A stretch of DNA of 63,508 nucleotides, the filler included, from Basidiobolus ranarum (Eukaryota): assembly GCA_040143965.1 (NCBI GenBank). It is 9 parts of 9 records of this genome, joined end to end, with 100 filler letters (N's around TTAATTAATTAA, not from the genome) between each part and the next. Parts side by side here need not be neighbours in the genome. Positions count along the whole stretch, not along the records: positions 1 to 6,979 come from JASJQH010001198.1; positions 7,080 to 14,052 come from JASJQH010001199.1; 7 more parts are not named here. The stretch is one strand, 5' to 3'. Under the pieces are notes generated by a model that was not told the DNA's origin, ran no database searches, and worked only from the letters and a program-made list of their open reading frames with translations. The position numbers were made by a program, and so were the translations under genes. Shown here piece after piece: positions 1 through 11,764 of the stretch (position 1 is its first letter; each line of letters opens with the position of its first letter).

Positions 1-2
1 TA

Positions 3-150
3 AATCTTCCCCCTTCTGAATGGTATAAGAGTCATAATATTTTGATATTATCCATCATATCTGGACCTAAGTCACCAGTGCTTATAGATAGCTTCTTAGA
101 GCCTTTGATTGCGGAATTTGAATGGTTATCTAATGGGGTTCAGATAGGTG
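3..150 (+). mobile_element. CACTA/En-Spm (CMC) transposase fragment
   Basis: Translates as NLPPSEWYKSHNILILSIISGPKSPVLIDSFLEPLIAEFEWLSNGV, matching the NLPP...IIPGPK.P..ID.FL.PL..EL..L..GV motif of Tnp2-family transposases; interrupted by an LTR. Confidence 0.7.
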
Positions 151-322
151 AAGTAAATTCCTATTGAGAATGATGGATAATATCTTAGTGAAATTTAAGA
201 TAACCAAGTACTAAGCTATATATGACTATATAGGTGTTTAGGCAATGTTAATTTCAATGCCAGGAACATGTGTGCAAAGTTTGGGGCTTCTAGCCAAAGT
301 TTGAAATATCTATATATCTGTA
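151..322 (-). mobile_element. Two juxtaposed fragments of copia family-A LTR
   Basis: Reverse complement of the LTR at 62930-63205 and 16036-16383 (…CTAAGCTATATATGACTATATAGGTGTTTAGGCAATGTTAATTTCAA; TGTGCAAAGTTTGGGGCTTCTAGC). Confidence 0.8.
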
Positions 323-1231
323 CAAGAACGTCTCACTATGATCAATAGAATTTCCGGATTTAGACCTCATGAGACTATCTTCGAAATCGGAAATCGCGGA
401 ACCAAGAAAGCAACTGAGGCCGCCATTATAATGAAGAAACGCCGTAGCATCGTTGGCAATGTCATTGAGGCGAAGAAAGCTGAAGTCGCCAAATCTCGTA
501 TGAATGAAGCTGTACCTGCACCAAAGAAGAAGACCGACGATGTAAACGAGGCCGAGCTTTTACAAGTCTTCGGTTACCCTAAGAGCACTAAAAAGTCGTA
601 CCGTGATGAGGAATACTACATGTCGTATACTCAAGCGGACGCGAACACTGAGAAGGGTTACTCTATGACACAATCCGGTTCCTTTGCTGAGCAAGCACAA
701 TCAGCCGTACTTGATCTTCAAGGTGATGAGCGCGATACTATGCAAGCTAAGAAGAATCTACTTCGTTGGGACTCAAAGTAAAAGAACTTCGTTCGTGGCA
801 GTGGTATTGGTGCTGATAATAAGAAGCTTATCACTACAGAGAATGGTACCAAATTACCTGCATCTTATAAGAGTGGTACTTATGAAGACTGGCAAAAGAA
901 AAATAGAGTTCATATGCCACGTACTGGTGAATTGGAGGTTGCTGGAAAGAATATGGTCAACAAGCGGTACAAGCACAACAAGCTCACTGCCCCTAAGAAA
1001 CTGGATCCTCTCTCTATCAATTACGAGAAGAAAATACAGAAGAAGAGAAAGGGTACCGAGGATGTTAGTCAGCAAGGAACCAAACGTCGTGTTGGTGACA
1101 ATGTTAAAGGTGAACTTAAATCAGTGGATCAAATCCGTAAACAAAGAGAACTCAAGGAAAAGAGACGAGAAAAGACCGGTCGTCACAACAAGGGTGGAAG
1201 CAAGCCCAAACGAGGAAAGGGCAGAAAGTAA
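323..1231 (+). pseudogene. DBP10: 3' part of DEAD-box RNA helicase DBP10 (DBP10C domain); 5'-truncated with one in-frame TAA
   Basis: FRPHETIFEIG…YRDEEYYMSY…LRWDSK*KNFVRGSGIGADNKKLITTENGTKLPASYKSG…KSVDQIRKQR. ORFs 338-781 and 914-1231 share a frame across TAA 779-781. The helicase core is replaced by TE sequence upstream. Confidence 0.85.
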
Positions 1232-1605
1232 AGCAAAAACATATCTTGTAAAAGTTTCAGTAGTTATTATAGAAAAAAAATATAGTATTTCGCTTCAACT
1301 CAATAATACAAAATACGAAATAAAAAGGTCTTTTAACACACTACCATAACGTTCCCAACACTCAACGTATATCATAAAGCTTGTACGATGTTAAAATTTG
1401 GTGAAAATATAATTTTAATTACAAAGCTAATAATGTGTTGTTGATGGAAGTTACTATTGTAAAAGATAGCTTAAGGGATAGCAGACTGTACATCGTAACC
1501 CGGAGGAGAGCAGGTAGGATATTACTACGTTCAAAGTTTTGCTCAAGTTCAATTGTTTTCATTTGGCTATAAGAAGGTTATTGTACACTTTTCCGAGATA
1601 ATGAG

Positions 1606-1953
1606 CTAGGAATAAGCCGGGTCACTGCCAAAATTTTGGTTGCATTTTTTACACACCAAGTTTTTCTTTACATAGCCACAGCAATTAGGAATTATGCAGA
1701 AACTGACGAGAAGTGTTGCATTAGTATAACGACTACGGATCTCGTGAGTACCTCCTTGAGGACAAGGTTGTTGAGCGAAAGGGTAATACGATGGGGGAGG
1801 ATTACTCTCAGGAATTTGAGGAGCTGGGCCACTCCCACCGGGGTAGCCACCTTGCGGGTTAGACTGGTCTATATTACCGTAAGGGGCTTTGGGTGGATAA
1901 GCATCATTAACTTGATTGTATCCGAGTTGACGAGGATCCTTTGTATCACTCAT
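1606..1953 (-). CDS. Small Pro/Gly/Tyr-rich protein with BRI3/LITAF-like Cys/His membrane-associated domain
   Basis: P/Y/G-rich N-terminus with PPSY, then CPQGGTH, a hydrophobic stretch, CC and CKKC; ATG to TAG with an upstream TATA-like element. Confidence 0.6.
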   Translation of the reverse strand: MSDTKDPRQLGYNQVNDAYPPKAPYGNIDQSNPQGGYPGGSGPAPQIPESNPPPSYYPFAQQPCPQGGTHEIRSRYTNATLLVSFCIIPNCCGYVKKNLVCKKCNQNFGSDPAYS

Positions 1954-3517
1954 AGTGCAGGGTTGATTATTGACAGAGGAGATTAGTAGTATGTAAAATG
2001 GAGGTTAGGAAGAGCCCACGGCCTTTATAAGACTGCTGTGACGGTGCAAGTTTGGTCATTAGATAATGGTCGATTGAATTAGCACAAACCATTCGTCAGC
2101 CTGAATCTCTTAAAGCAAGTTTAATTATTATACTATGATCAATTCAGGATTATGTAATTACCGTCCATTCAAAGTCCCAGGTTTAAGTGAGTAACAATTA
2201 GCCAATTGTGGGCCATCCGCACTACAATGCCAAGCCAATACTATCCGAACCTAGATTTGGAATATTCTGGAGCACACCTGAGCCCGTATTTACTTAGACT
2301 GCTTGAATGCGTAGGACATTCCGGAAGCATATCGTAGAGGAAAGTCTTATCTGCCACAGCCATCATCAAGTGGGCTGCTGCTACTGTCGAATTCAGCTAT
2401 AGTAATGGATTGTTTTAGACGCATGTTCCAACGAATTTGTTCCATCGTCTCTCTTTGGCGGCACTGGACAGCTCACGTGGCACTCTTAGGAGTAGGGCAT
2501 GACTTGAGGTAGATGAGTTGTGCATATATCACCTAGCTCTCTTGATGGAGTGTTGGTATCGAGGATGAGACGGATGGTTTGAATGACGAGTGGCGATAGC
2601 ACATAACTCTGATACCTCGTTAGTTGCGTGAGCACCAATCTTGGTGTAAAATACATACAACTTTGACCGCATGCACAAAGTAACAATCTTATGTTTATCT
2701 TTTATTTGATGTCATCAGCAGTTTAGTTGTCAATATTTCTACACACTGTTGGAATAAGCGTGGAGACGCAAGGAACCGATTTTCAACCTTTTCGCCGTTT
2801 TGTGTGTTTCTAATTCTGCTCTCGATAGTGTTGAATCCATGTAACGCGCACCATTTAGATTTTGTACACCAGGACAACAAACATGTGGCTTTCACCTAGC
2901 ATTCCCACGGTTGAAAGTTGATGACCCAAAGCATGTATTCGGCATGATTTAGCATTGTCTTACTATATGCTCAGTGACGATCCTCTGACACTAGCTTCAG
3001 TAAACTACAAATCTGTGATCCAACAAAAACGGAGCATCCTGCTAAGCGTCTATCACGCAAGCTGAACTACAAATGTGGATCATATTCGCTCCGTCGATGG
3101 GAAATGGTCTCCATTCAGTTTTTAACTCGTCCATACTGTACCGAGATTTGATGACGACACTTTCTTTTTTTTCTCGTAATGTACGAAAGCCGTACCGGAT
3201 TCAATTTAAGAGGATTGATTGTACTCTGTTTTATGGAGCTTAAGTGAATCAAGATATTATGACGTAGAGAAAGCGCAATCACCCTCATCATCAACGCTCG
3301 GTTTTTTTGATGGCGGGGAAAAGAGTACTGATTTGCTATTGGGGAAGAGCACAACCGCCATCATCTCACTTATATATTCTGCTGTGCAGAGTAGGAAACT
3401 CTTAATTTGCTGTACAAATCTTCTCTAAACTCTCTTTTTATAAAACTATTGCAACACTCTTTGCTCCTCAACCACTGGCCATTTCCACTCTAGCCTTTCA
3501 CTTTGAGCATACCTAAA

Positions 3518-3790
3518 ATGAGTTCCGACAACGCCGAACGCCAGCAGATCGAAGAAACCAAAGCGCAGGAACAACGTTTAGAAAAGTTCGTTAGACAAAA
3601 CGAGTCGGCGGAATATATCCTAGACGATAAAACCAATGAGCTGTGCCGTACATTATCAGATGGTAGGCAGAACTGCCTGAAGCTATCCTTAGACCAGAAA
3701 GAAATGTTTAGCATGATGCAAAAATTGAATTTCTTCTGCACACTTCCTCTTGAGCCAGAAAAGACCCATATTATTTGTAAAAAAGTTTAA
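3518..3790 (+). CDS. Small hypothetical protein (90 aa, four Cys)
   Basis: AAAATG start context, upstream TATAAAA, protein-like composition; no family recognised. Confidence 0.55.
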   Translation: MSSDNAERQQIEETKAQEQRLEKFVRQNESAEYILDDKTNELCRTLSDGRQNCLKLSLDQKEMFSMMQKLNFFCTLPLEPEKTHIICKKV

Positions 3791-4545
3791 AAACACTTGT
3801 TAATATCCACACTTGTTCATGTACAATAATAACACTCCATTAAACTCAAGTCAAATAACAACTGCAGGTTTGAACATAAACACAGCCCCCAGTAGAGTGG
3901 TTTATCCAAGCTTAGATATTTCTTCCGCGTGAACTCGCAACTCATGTGGATTTTTGATGTGAAGTAAAAATAGCTGAGTGGACTTCTTTCATTGACACTT
4001 CAATATTCTGTAGCTCATACTAGGAATTGCTTCTTACAAAATATTGTCACGTAAATTCAAGGTACCTGCTAGTAATGTCATTGAATGACGTAAACAAGCC
4101 TTGTTATGTATATCTAAATCTACTCACAAATTGATGGTTTCAACAGAAATGGAGCTAGTCTACCCGCCCAGCTCATTTCATACGTGAGGGTCAGAGATTA
4201 GTTTTTTATAATAGGCGTTTCAAGTGATGCAAGATGTACAAGCTTTCTCTTTGCATAGCATGACGTAATGCGAGGTAAGATTCAGAAATAGCAACATAAT
4301 AAGAAGATTTAATGAAAACCATATTAGTCTTAAAAATAACCAATTCAGATAGAGTGCCAAATGTGAATATATGTAACAGATTGTTATGATGCTTTTGACA
4401 TTGTTTAAGATGGAAATTCTATTGCTTGCAACTATCTCACAAATTTACTTATAAGCTTCACTGATTGTAAAGAGATTCATTTTTTCAAAATATCTAATAT
4501 AACCGTGACTGCCTTTGCAAAAGATATCTATCACTGCTTCATACT

Positions 4546-5013
4546 ATGACAAATATCCCTTACTCGACCTTACTACTAGTATTATTGATAACGCTAGCAG
4601 GTTTCGTCCATTCGCTTCAGCTGGTTAGTAGGGATCCTGGTATGAAGCCTAACGCCAAACCACCACCTACTTGCGCAGCTGGTGATATGGGGAAACAAGA
4701 AGGCAAGATAAGCGCTTATGGAAGTATTGCTTCAGAGGGAGACGCTTTCTTAAATTGTTGTAGTAAGCATTTGCAGTGTTACTGTATCTGTGAGAAAAAC
4801 ATCAGTAAGCAAGTGTGCGACGAAGGCTTCCGTCGTTGTGTGCAAACGGCTTGTTTAGCTGGACTACCGAACAAAACGAATTTTGAAAAACGAAGATGTA
4901 CCACTGGATGGTCTTGGACTGGTCCTGGTATGGTAAATCCCAAAGTGGCCAATTCTGTAGAATTTTCTTGTAATCGCTATCAAGAGGTTCAAGCCTCGTG
5001 CTGTCCAAGCTAA
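4546..5013 (+). CDS. Secreted group XII phospholipase A2-like Cys-rich protein
   Basis: Signal peptide; FLNCCSKHLQCYCIC…KQVCDEGFRRCVQTAC…CNRYQEVQASCC follows the GXII sPLA2 Cys pattern. Confidence 0.75.
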   Translation: MTNIPYSTLLLVLLITLAGFVHSLQLVSRDPGMKPNAKPPPTCAAGDMGKQEGKISAYGSIASEGDAFLNCCSKHLQCYCICEKNISKQVCDEGFRRCVQTACLAGLPNKTNFEKRRCTTGWSWTGPGMVNPKVANSVEFSCNRYQEVQASCCPS

Positions 5014-5522
5014 AGAGGGTCTTTTTAATTCCAAGATATATCCTGGCTCTCTCACACTTAACATTTTTTCCAACTTTAATTATGGGCTTTTTCGGACATT
5101 TGGGATACATTTTTTCATAAATAAACTCACTTGCAGTCAGCTCGATAGCGTTTGCCTTCAACCTAGAAGCGTTATTGGACATTATATAAACGTGAGTACT
5201 TTGTCAATCAGAGAGTGCTGAAAGGAAGGTGGATTTATTTATGTAGCATTCGTATTTTCCAGATATCGAGAAATAGAAGACTAATCCTAATCCTCAAGAA
5301 GAAAAGTATGCATTATTAAAGTGTGATATAAACGGGAGTTGGGGTACTTCCATAGCGTCGTTCAATAGCGAAAATAGGGATCAAGTGATACCACATAGTT
5401 TAAAGGGTTAAGTAGAAATGTTTATAGAACGAAATCATCTTCGGCAAAGATAACACTTTTTGAATTACATGTATAGAGTTCGAATGAAGTGTATAAGTTT
5501 GGACTAAAATTACTCTTGAACA

Positions 5523-6731
5523 TCAATCACTTAAGGCCAAGTCAGGGATAATGATCAGACTGTTAGGAATTAGATCAAACTTGGCTGAAAGCGCCATAAA
5601 CCGGGCATACAGAAACGTCTCATTCTAAAATAAAGAATTTAATTAGCCCGGATACTCAGTGAAGAGATATCAGTCTACATCATTCATATTCTTGCATACC
5701 TCGAATTCATCAAATACCTCTCGGTGATGGAACCATGAGTGTGCAAATATACGGTACAGTCGACGTGCTATGGATTGATAGTGCTTCTTGGATGTTTCGT
5801 GAATGTTCATTCTAACAGCAAATATACAATGTTATAAATGGGGGCCTAGTAACACGAAACCTCGGCAACGTACCTGCTTGGGAAATATTTGTTGCTATTT
5901 AGAATTGCAGTAGCTCCGTCAAGAGTATGAACTACATAGTCAATAGCGCAACACTTCATAATAGCAATGAAAAAAATTATAAGTAAATATTATGATATAA
6001 TGGCCATATAATTACAAGCGCAAAACAGGTAGGAATAGTTACTCACTCCTTGTGGTGTTGGATGAGCAGCACATAGATAAAGCCATTCATCCGCTTTCAT
6101 TTCAGGGCAGCTTACTTTAGAACATTCACTGTAAAGCTGTACCACCAAGTAGTTAAGTTCTAAACAGATTTGTCTATGATAATGGAAGGATAAGTAACCG
6201 ATGGAGAAGTAATTAACTGAAGGGATTAATGGATAGCTTACTTGAAATGTTCATATTGCCAAACATCTGGATTTTGGTTATCAGGTACTTCAAGTAGCCT
6301 CGTGATGTTTTCTCTGTCGTCGCGAATTATTGACTGTAGATATTCTTGCAGGGCAAAAACTGAATCGATTTCATCAAACGGAAGAGGTTTCCATTGGTAA
6401 GCTTCCTGATTACAAATGAGACACGTATTTAATAAAAGTGATCGCACAGAGGGATGGTTTTTTAAAAAAGAAAAGAAGGTTATGACTAGTTTAAAGGTCA
6501 ATTAGCTCACTATTGAAGGTGATGGTAAAAGATGCGAAAACAGAAAAAACAATGAACTCTCTAAAGCACCTCGAATTTTACTCCAGGTCGGTTTCTACGT
6601 GGTGCTTTTGCTGACTCTTGTGGGTTTGACTGAATCATCTCCTTTGAAAATTCCACAGTAGAAGCGCTATCTACGCCAGAGTTAGAGCGAGTATTTTTTA
6701 GTGTACCAAATAGGTTGAATGCAGCTTTCAT
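5523..6731 (-). CDS. MOB4: MOB-like protein phocein (MOB4; fungal STRIPAK Mob3), 5 exons
   Basis: Spliced translation gives RRNRPG…VWQYEHF…ICLELN…[10 protein letters not shown]…[12 protein letters not shown]…NSNKYFPSR…[14 protein letters not shown]…[13 protein letters not shown] introns. Start could alternatively be 6638. Confidence 0.92.
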
Positions 6732-6979
6732 AATCTCAAACTATAATATATTTGTTATGATGTTTCGTCGCTTATTAATTCAGGTTTTTCTTTTTCTTTA
6801 AAAGACTTATATATATTTTATACTATGCGTATATCGAGGGGAGGGTGGGGTATGTGTGTTTATTTGAAGGGGAAGGGGGGGTTACGAAGGTTAGATAGGA
6901 TTGAGAGAGGCAAAGTGGGTCTGGAGGGTTTATTGAGTTAATGATTGTAAATTAGCAGCGAGCTGGCGAGGTAATGATC

Positions 6980-7079
6980 NNNNNNNNNNNNNNNNNNNNN
7001 NNNNNNNNNNNNNNNNNNNNNNNTTAATTAATTAANNNNNNNNNNNNNNNNNNNNNNNNNNNNNNNNNNNNNNNNNNNN
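6980..7079. other. Artificial contig linker
   Basis: N44-TTAATTAATTAA-N44, stop codons in all six frames. Confidence 0.98.
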
Positions 7080-7809
7080 GCAAACGAATAAATGTATTTA
7101 AGTGCATGCTTTTAACACCTATTGGTGGTATAATTCAATGTGCGGTGACAGCCAACTTTTACTACTCAATAGTTCGTCAATCTCCGGAAGCTTTGATACG
7201 TATAACATATATGCTTGTCCGGTATCTGTATCATAGTTCCAATGAACTCTAGAGTATATGCAACTAATATCTAATATGCTAACAATAATTACACATTATG
7301 GGTATTCCGCTTTTCTGCACCAAAAGGGTAAAAGTAACTGCTGAGTGTGAACTTCATTGAAAATATAGCAAATTTTGAATGATTAGCAATTGAGTACAGG
7401 CAATAATACAAATAAATTGGGATGAGTATCTCCATAGTTATTTGTAAGGAACTTCCCTCCTATATTGTTGAAAACATAGGAGAGATGAAAAACATCAGTT
7501 TAATGTTCCTTTAGTAATTAATACCTATTTAGACTAGTCAAATGTGCTCACATCCCAAGTGGTTGCTTTAGAAACTCCTACCAACTTCATCTATAAATTC
7601 AGTGGAAGAGACTCTAAGTATTGAGTGATGAAAAGCACCCAAAAAATCTATGAGGAACTTTGAATTATCAAAATCACAAAAATAAATTCTTGTGAATTGA
7701 TTTTAATCATGCAGCTTAAAAGATCAATTAACCTATTTGCGACTATTTACTGTGTTTGTTTTAGTTTTTAATTAATTTGGAATTATGTATAATGAATAAT
7801 AAAATACGC

Positions 7810-8020
7810 AATTGTCCTGCAACTTAGTAGTTTAAATTTGGTATTGTCCAGCAACGCAGCCTGTAAAAATGATATTATCCTGTAACACAGCTTGTAAAGA
7901 GTGCATTGCCCTGCAACGCAGCTTGAAATCATGGTATTGTCCTATAACACAGCTTTTAAAGAAGTATTGTCCTATAACGCATGCCCAAAAACATGGAATT
8001 GTCTTATAACGCAGCTCACG
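7810..8020 (+). repeat. Degenerate ~31-bp tandem repeat, about 7 copies
   Basis: Core GTATTGTCCTRYAACRCAGC recurs at about 7810, 7841, 7872, 7903, 7934, 7964 and 7996. Confidence 0.8.
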
Positions 8021-8412
8021 ATGTTCCTAAATCTACTGAGGCTAAGGATACTTGCAAGTCTAACGAGACTAAAGATACTCCCAGGTCTATCAAGGCTCAT
8101 AAAACACATACGCCTACACAGACTTACGAAGCTCACAAATCTACTCAGACTCAAGATGCCCAGATGTCTGTCTGGACTTGTGATATGCACAGGTCTACCA
8201 AGACTCTCAAATCTCATAAGCCTACCAAGATCCATGACTTGAACAAATTGATGAAAGCCCAAGAGACTGAGGCAAGGGAATTCAGCACAAGCAGGCCATG
8301 CTCTATTGATCAACCACAGACAATAGATCAAACATTATATCGGCCTTTGCAGCATATTGGACAAGAACAGCCTTCACCAGAAGAACCTGATGGTGTCTTC
8401 GGTGTAATTTGA
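7981..8412 (+). CDS. Hypothetical ORF with 8 x 9-aa (27-bp) repeats; possibly non-functional
   Basis: KSTEAKDTC/KSNETKDTP/RSIKAHKTH/TPTQTYEAH/KSTQTQDAQ/MSVWTCDMH/RSTKTLKSH/KPTKIHDLN. Confidence 0.3.
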   Translation: MPKNMELSYNAAHDVPKSTEAKDTCKSNETKDTPRSIKAHKTHTPTQTYEAHKSTQTQDAQMSVWTCDMHRSTKTLKSHKPTKIHDLNKLMKAQETEAREFSTSRPCSIDQPQTIDQTLYRPLQHIGQEQPSPEEPDGVFGVI

Positions 8413-10420
8413 AATATGGTTTGTGACTTAATAATACATTTGCCCTCACCATATAATTACCTTATATTCATTAATATCAGGCATGAAGCAATAAACCATC
8501 TAAAGTTTCAAAGTAAGAACAATTCTGTTGCCTCCTTTGACAGAGGCCTTAGTAAGTTTAATGGTAATGAGATTAATGCTAGTATTGCCCTAACCATCTT
8601 ATGTCCGTATTCAAAGGACAGTTATCTACACTAACTGCAACAACGTAATACACCAATCAGACAAGGCAAAAGGCATTCAATAAGTACCTACCATCTCGAT
8701 TTTATGTAACGACATGACCTAATCTACAGCCAGATTTCTACAACCAGATCTCCACATAGGCTTAACTGTATGTTACATTGATACGAACACATAATTTAAA
8801 GCATTCAACAAACCTACTATCAATATTTGTCCAGATACACAACTTGTAATGACAACGAAGATAGTCTCTACATGGGTTTGTGGCATTCCTGTGAGCATCT
8901 TTCGAGTAATATACTTGAGTCATCTTATCAACACTACTATCAGTAGTAGCAATTTTACAATTAGCATTGGATCAATCTATACGCTAATTAACCTATACGC
9001 TAATTAATCTATACGCTAATAAATTGGTAGGTGTTATGGTAGTGTTATGGTAGGAGTTATTTAATCACAAAATCAGTGTTATAAGCTTGATATACCGCCT
9101 ATCTCAATATAAATACCAATGAACATACATACAAAAGGATATTAACGAATACATAGAAATATGCATGCCTCATTATCACCTCAGTATTACTTGCTGAAGT
9201 TTCTGCGGCAGCTCCCTCTGACAGATGCTCTAATCAATATTATTTGAATAGTGAGCAAGCGTTGAATGTCAGCTAGATCCTCCGTTACTCAAGCAATTAT
9301 TCACTACTGTAACCAGACACCATGATGGCTTGAATGATGCGAATATCGATAATCAAGGAAATTCTGACCTAAAGTTTTGATCCGGACCTAGCTTTGAAAT
9401 TGAAGGTAGCGGTATAAAATCTGAACAGGGGGAAGTTGCGAATTCTGGGTCAAATGATGATAATAATATTGCACTAAGGGTTCATGAAATGCCAAAAGAT
9501 ACTGAGGATGGGATAGAAATTGCTCTAATACCACCAGCGGATGATTCTAACTCTGAAGATCCTTTACCGCCTCAAGCATCTGATTCATGATTCGATAATG
9601 AGAGTGGCGATGCACAAGGAATAACTGATTCAGATTCAGTAGATCCAATACCCTCTGATCCCACCTTGCAGTTAGTAAATACTCTTAGCCAGTCTTTACC
9701 TCAACAGGTGTTACCTGATCAGGTCCAAGGGAATTCAGCACAAGCAGGCCATGATCTATTGATCAACCACAGACAATAGCTCAAACATTTTATCGGCCTT
9801 CACAGCCTACTGAAGCAGAGCAACCTCCTTCACCGGAAGAACCAGAGGAGTCCGAATCTTCAGGCCCAAGGTACAGTAGATGCAATTCTTGATATGATTT
9901 AGGACTCATTAACACATTATGTAATCATCATATATTCATTAATGTCACACATAAAGCAATAAACCATAATCATTAGGCCATCCTTAAATTCGTATTTAAG
10001 CAACATTTATCTACTGTCGATCCTATAATTTCAAACAGCAAGTGGATTCCTTACTTTTATATATGTAGATACGTGGTCAAATTTGACAATGAAGATAGTC
10101 TCTACGTGCAAATGTGCCATTCTTGTGTGCATATTTTGAGTAATATACTTGAATAGTCGTAGCACGAGTCATTTTGACAATCGGTACTGATTTATTAACT
10201 TTAAATTTGTATTCTTCTTGCTGGCTAAAGTGACCGTTCTCTAATCAGGACAGTGAGCAATAGCCAGTTTTTACTTCCAATACTATTAACCATGATAAAC
10301 TGAATGATGTTAGTTTCAACAACCAAGGAAATTCCGACGTAAAGTATCAACCTGACCTTAGTGTTGTATTGGAGAGTTACACTAACAAGCAGAAGTCACA
10401 GAATCCAGGTCCAGTTAGAA
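8273..10420 (+). repeat. Diverged tandem duplication containing a decayed secreted acidic-protein gene
   Basis: Matching blocks: 8273-8400 with 9726-9850; 8853-8920 with 10087-10153; 9321-9392 with 10291-10362. A signal-peptide-like KYACLIITSVLLAEVSAAAP near 9158 lacks an ATG and is followed by stops. Confidence 0.6.
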
Positions 10421-11100
10421 AATAATCTTTTACCTCAGCCTGACTAAATACTCATGCTATGAAATAACCCTAACTCTAGTCTTTTACATAAATAATGAAA
10501 TATATCAAGTTTTGAATGCGTAGGCAGTTGTTGGTTTTGATCACACGAGATAATATTCATTTTGGGTAAGGTGAATCTGGTGTATATAGCTAATGGTGAG
10601 AATTAAAGCTTGAATTGCTATAAATCATAACGAAAATCACAAGTTTGTCATATCTGCAAATGGGTACCTTTATATAGCGCTTATTAAGAAATTTATCAAT
10701 CGGGTGGAGTGGTATCTACCTATAACCTAAGTTTCTCAGGGACTAGTTGAGTAGAGACTTGATAGGTTCGATTCATGTCAAGGATGTTGTCCTCTGGAGC
10801 CTAGTTCTGACATTGATACATGGTGATAAGGTTATTAAAGACTTGGGGATCGCGTGAGACTGAAAACAGAGCAACGAAAACCAAGCGCACTCTCGCAGTC
10901 AGAGGTTCACAAATCCGAGGGAATGGTCATCAGTAGCTGCTATGACTACCAACTATTTTCATACTTTTCTTTTTTGAATAATTAGCGCTAAATATAGGAG
11001 ATTGATGGGTTATGTGTGAACAGGTGGCTATGTTTTGCTTCTTTGCTGTCAAGTGCGGCATTCAGTGATCCTGATATCAATTGCTTTATGTTGATCTTAA

Positions 11101-11280
11101 TCAAGTATAAGCAAAATAGGTGATATCGTAAATGTTAACTAGCCCAACAAAAACTACTTGTTGGTTCTGAGCTTCCAATTGTATGGCCATCTCATATGCT
11201 ACCATCACGCCATACGAATATCCAGCTACACCCAAAGGGACCTTCAGCCACTTCTTCCATTGACTCAAAGTAGTTGTCTG
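11101..11280 (-). pseudogene. NRPS/PKS-type thioesterase domain remnant
   Basis: FESMEEVAEGP[frameshift]GVAGYSYGVMVAYEMAIQLEAQNQQVVFVGLVN: GxSxG elbow plus AYEMA.QL signature. Confidence 0.7.
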
Positions 11281-11764
11281 AAGCTTTATTCTCAAGTCTT
11301 TCTTACTGTTTGCTAGTAAAAAGTTGAAAGTAAAAGTATAGCCTACTTCAAATATTTCAGCAATGTCTAAAAGTGTCCAAGGCTCCAGGGGTGATCACTG
11401 GCAATATTTATGCAATTTATATATACATGTTCATTCATACAATGATGAGGTGCAAAGTACCGATAGAGCTCCTAATAGGGTTAGTCTTAGGTCAAACCTT
11501 ATCTTAGGTTTGCTACAGTTTTATTGGATGACAATTATTACCTCGATCAATGATCGATCAGTACCTTTGAACACTGGTATAAATTTTGACCAATTTGATT
11601 ATCCTAGAAACGCCAATTCTAGAACATTAGCTGGATTTGAACACGAAAGGCGGCTATTCGTAAATTCAAATAATGACGGTAGCACAGTATAAGTATATGA
11701 ATATCAGTGATGGATACAGGTGCAGTTGTATTATATTACTATGAGGAAGATTGATATTGTCGCA

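Noticed and set aside
779-781. Alternative genetic code explaining in-frame TAA/TAG in DBP10 and UGT
   Set aside because: TAA and TAG terminate many intact genes in the window, and the two sites imply different residues (Lys and Glu).
684-1349. 221-aa alternative-frame ORF over DBP10
   Set aside because: Overlaps the conserved DBP10C frame and has no recognisable features.
2300-3430. Possible spliced gene on the minus strand
   Set aside because: Splice-like signals are present, but no unambiguous reading frame or homology.
7810-8020. CRISPR-like repeat/spacer appearance
   Set aside because: Variable parts are only about 10 bp and related to each other, repeats are degenerate, the context is eukaryotic and no cas genes are present.
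10700-10785. A-box-like GGTGGAGTGG and B-box GGTTCGATTC (possible tRNA or SINE)
   Set aside because: Could not fold an acceptor stem or anticodon arm; tRNAscan-SE would be needed.
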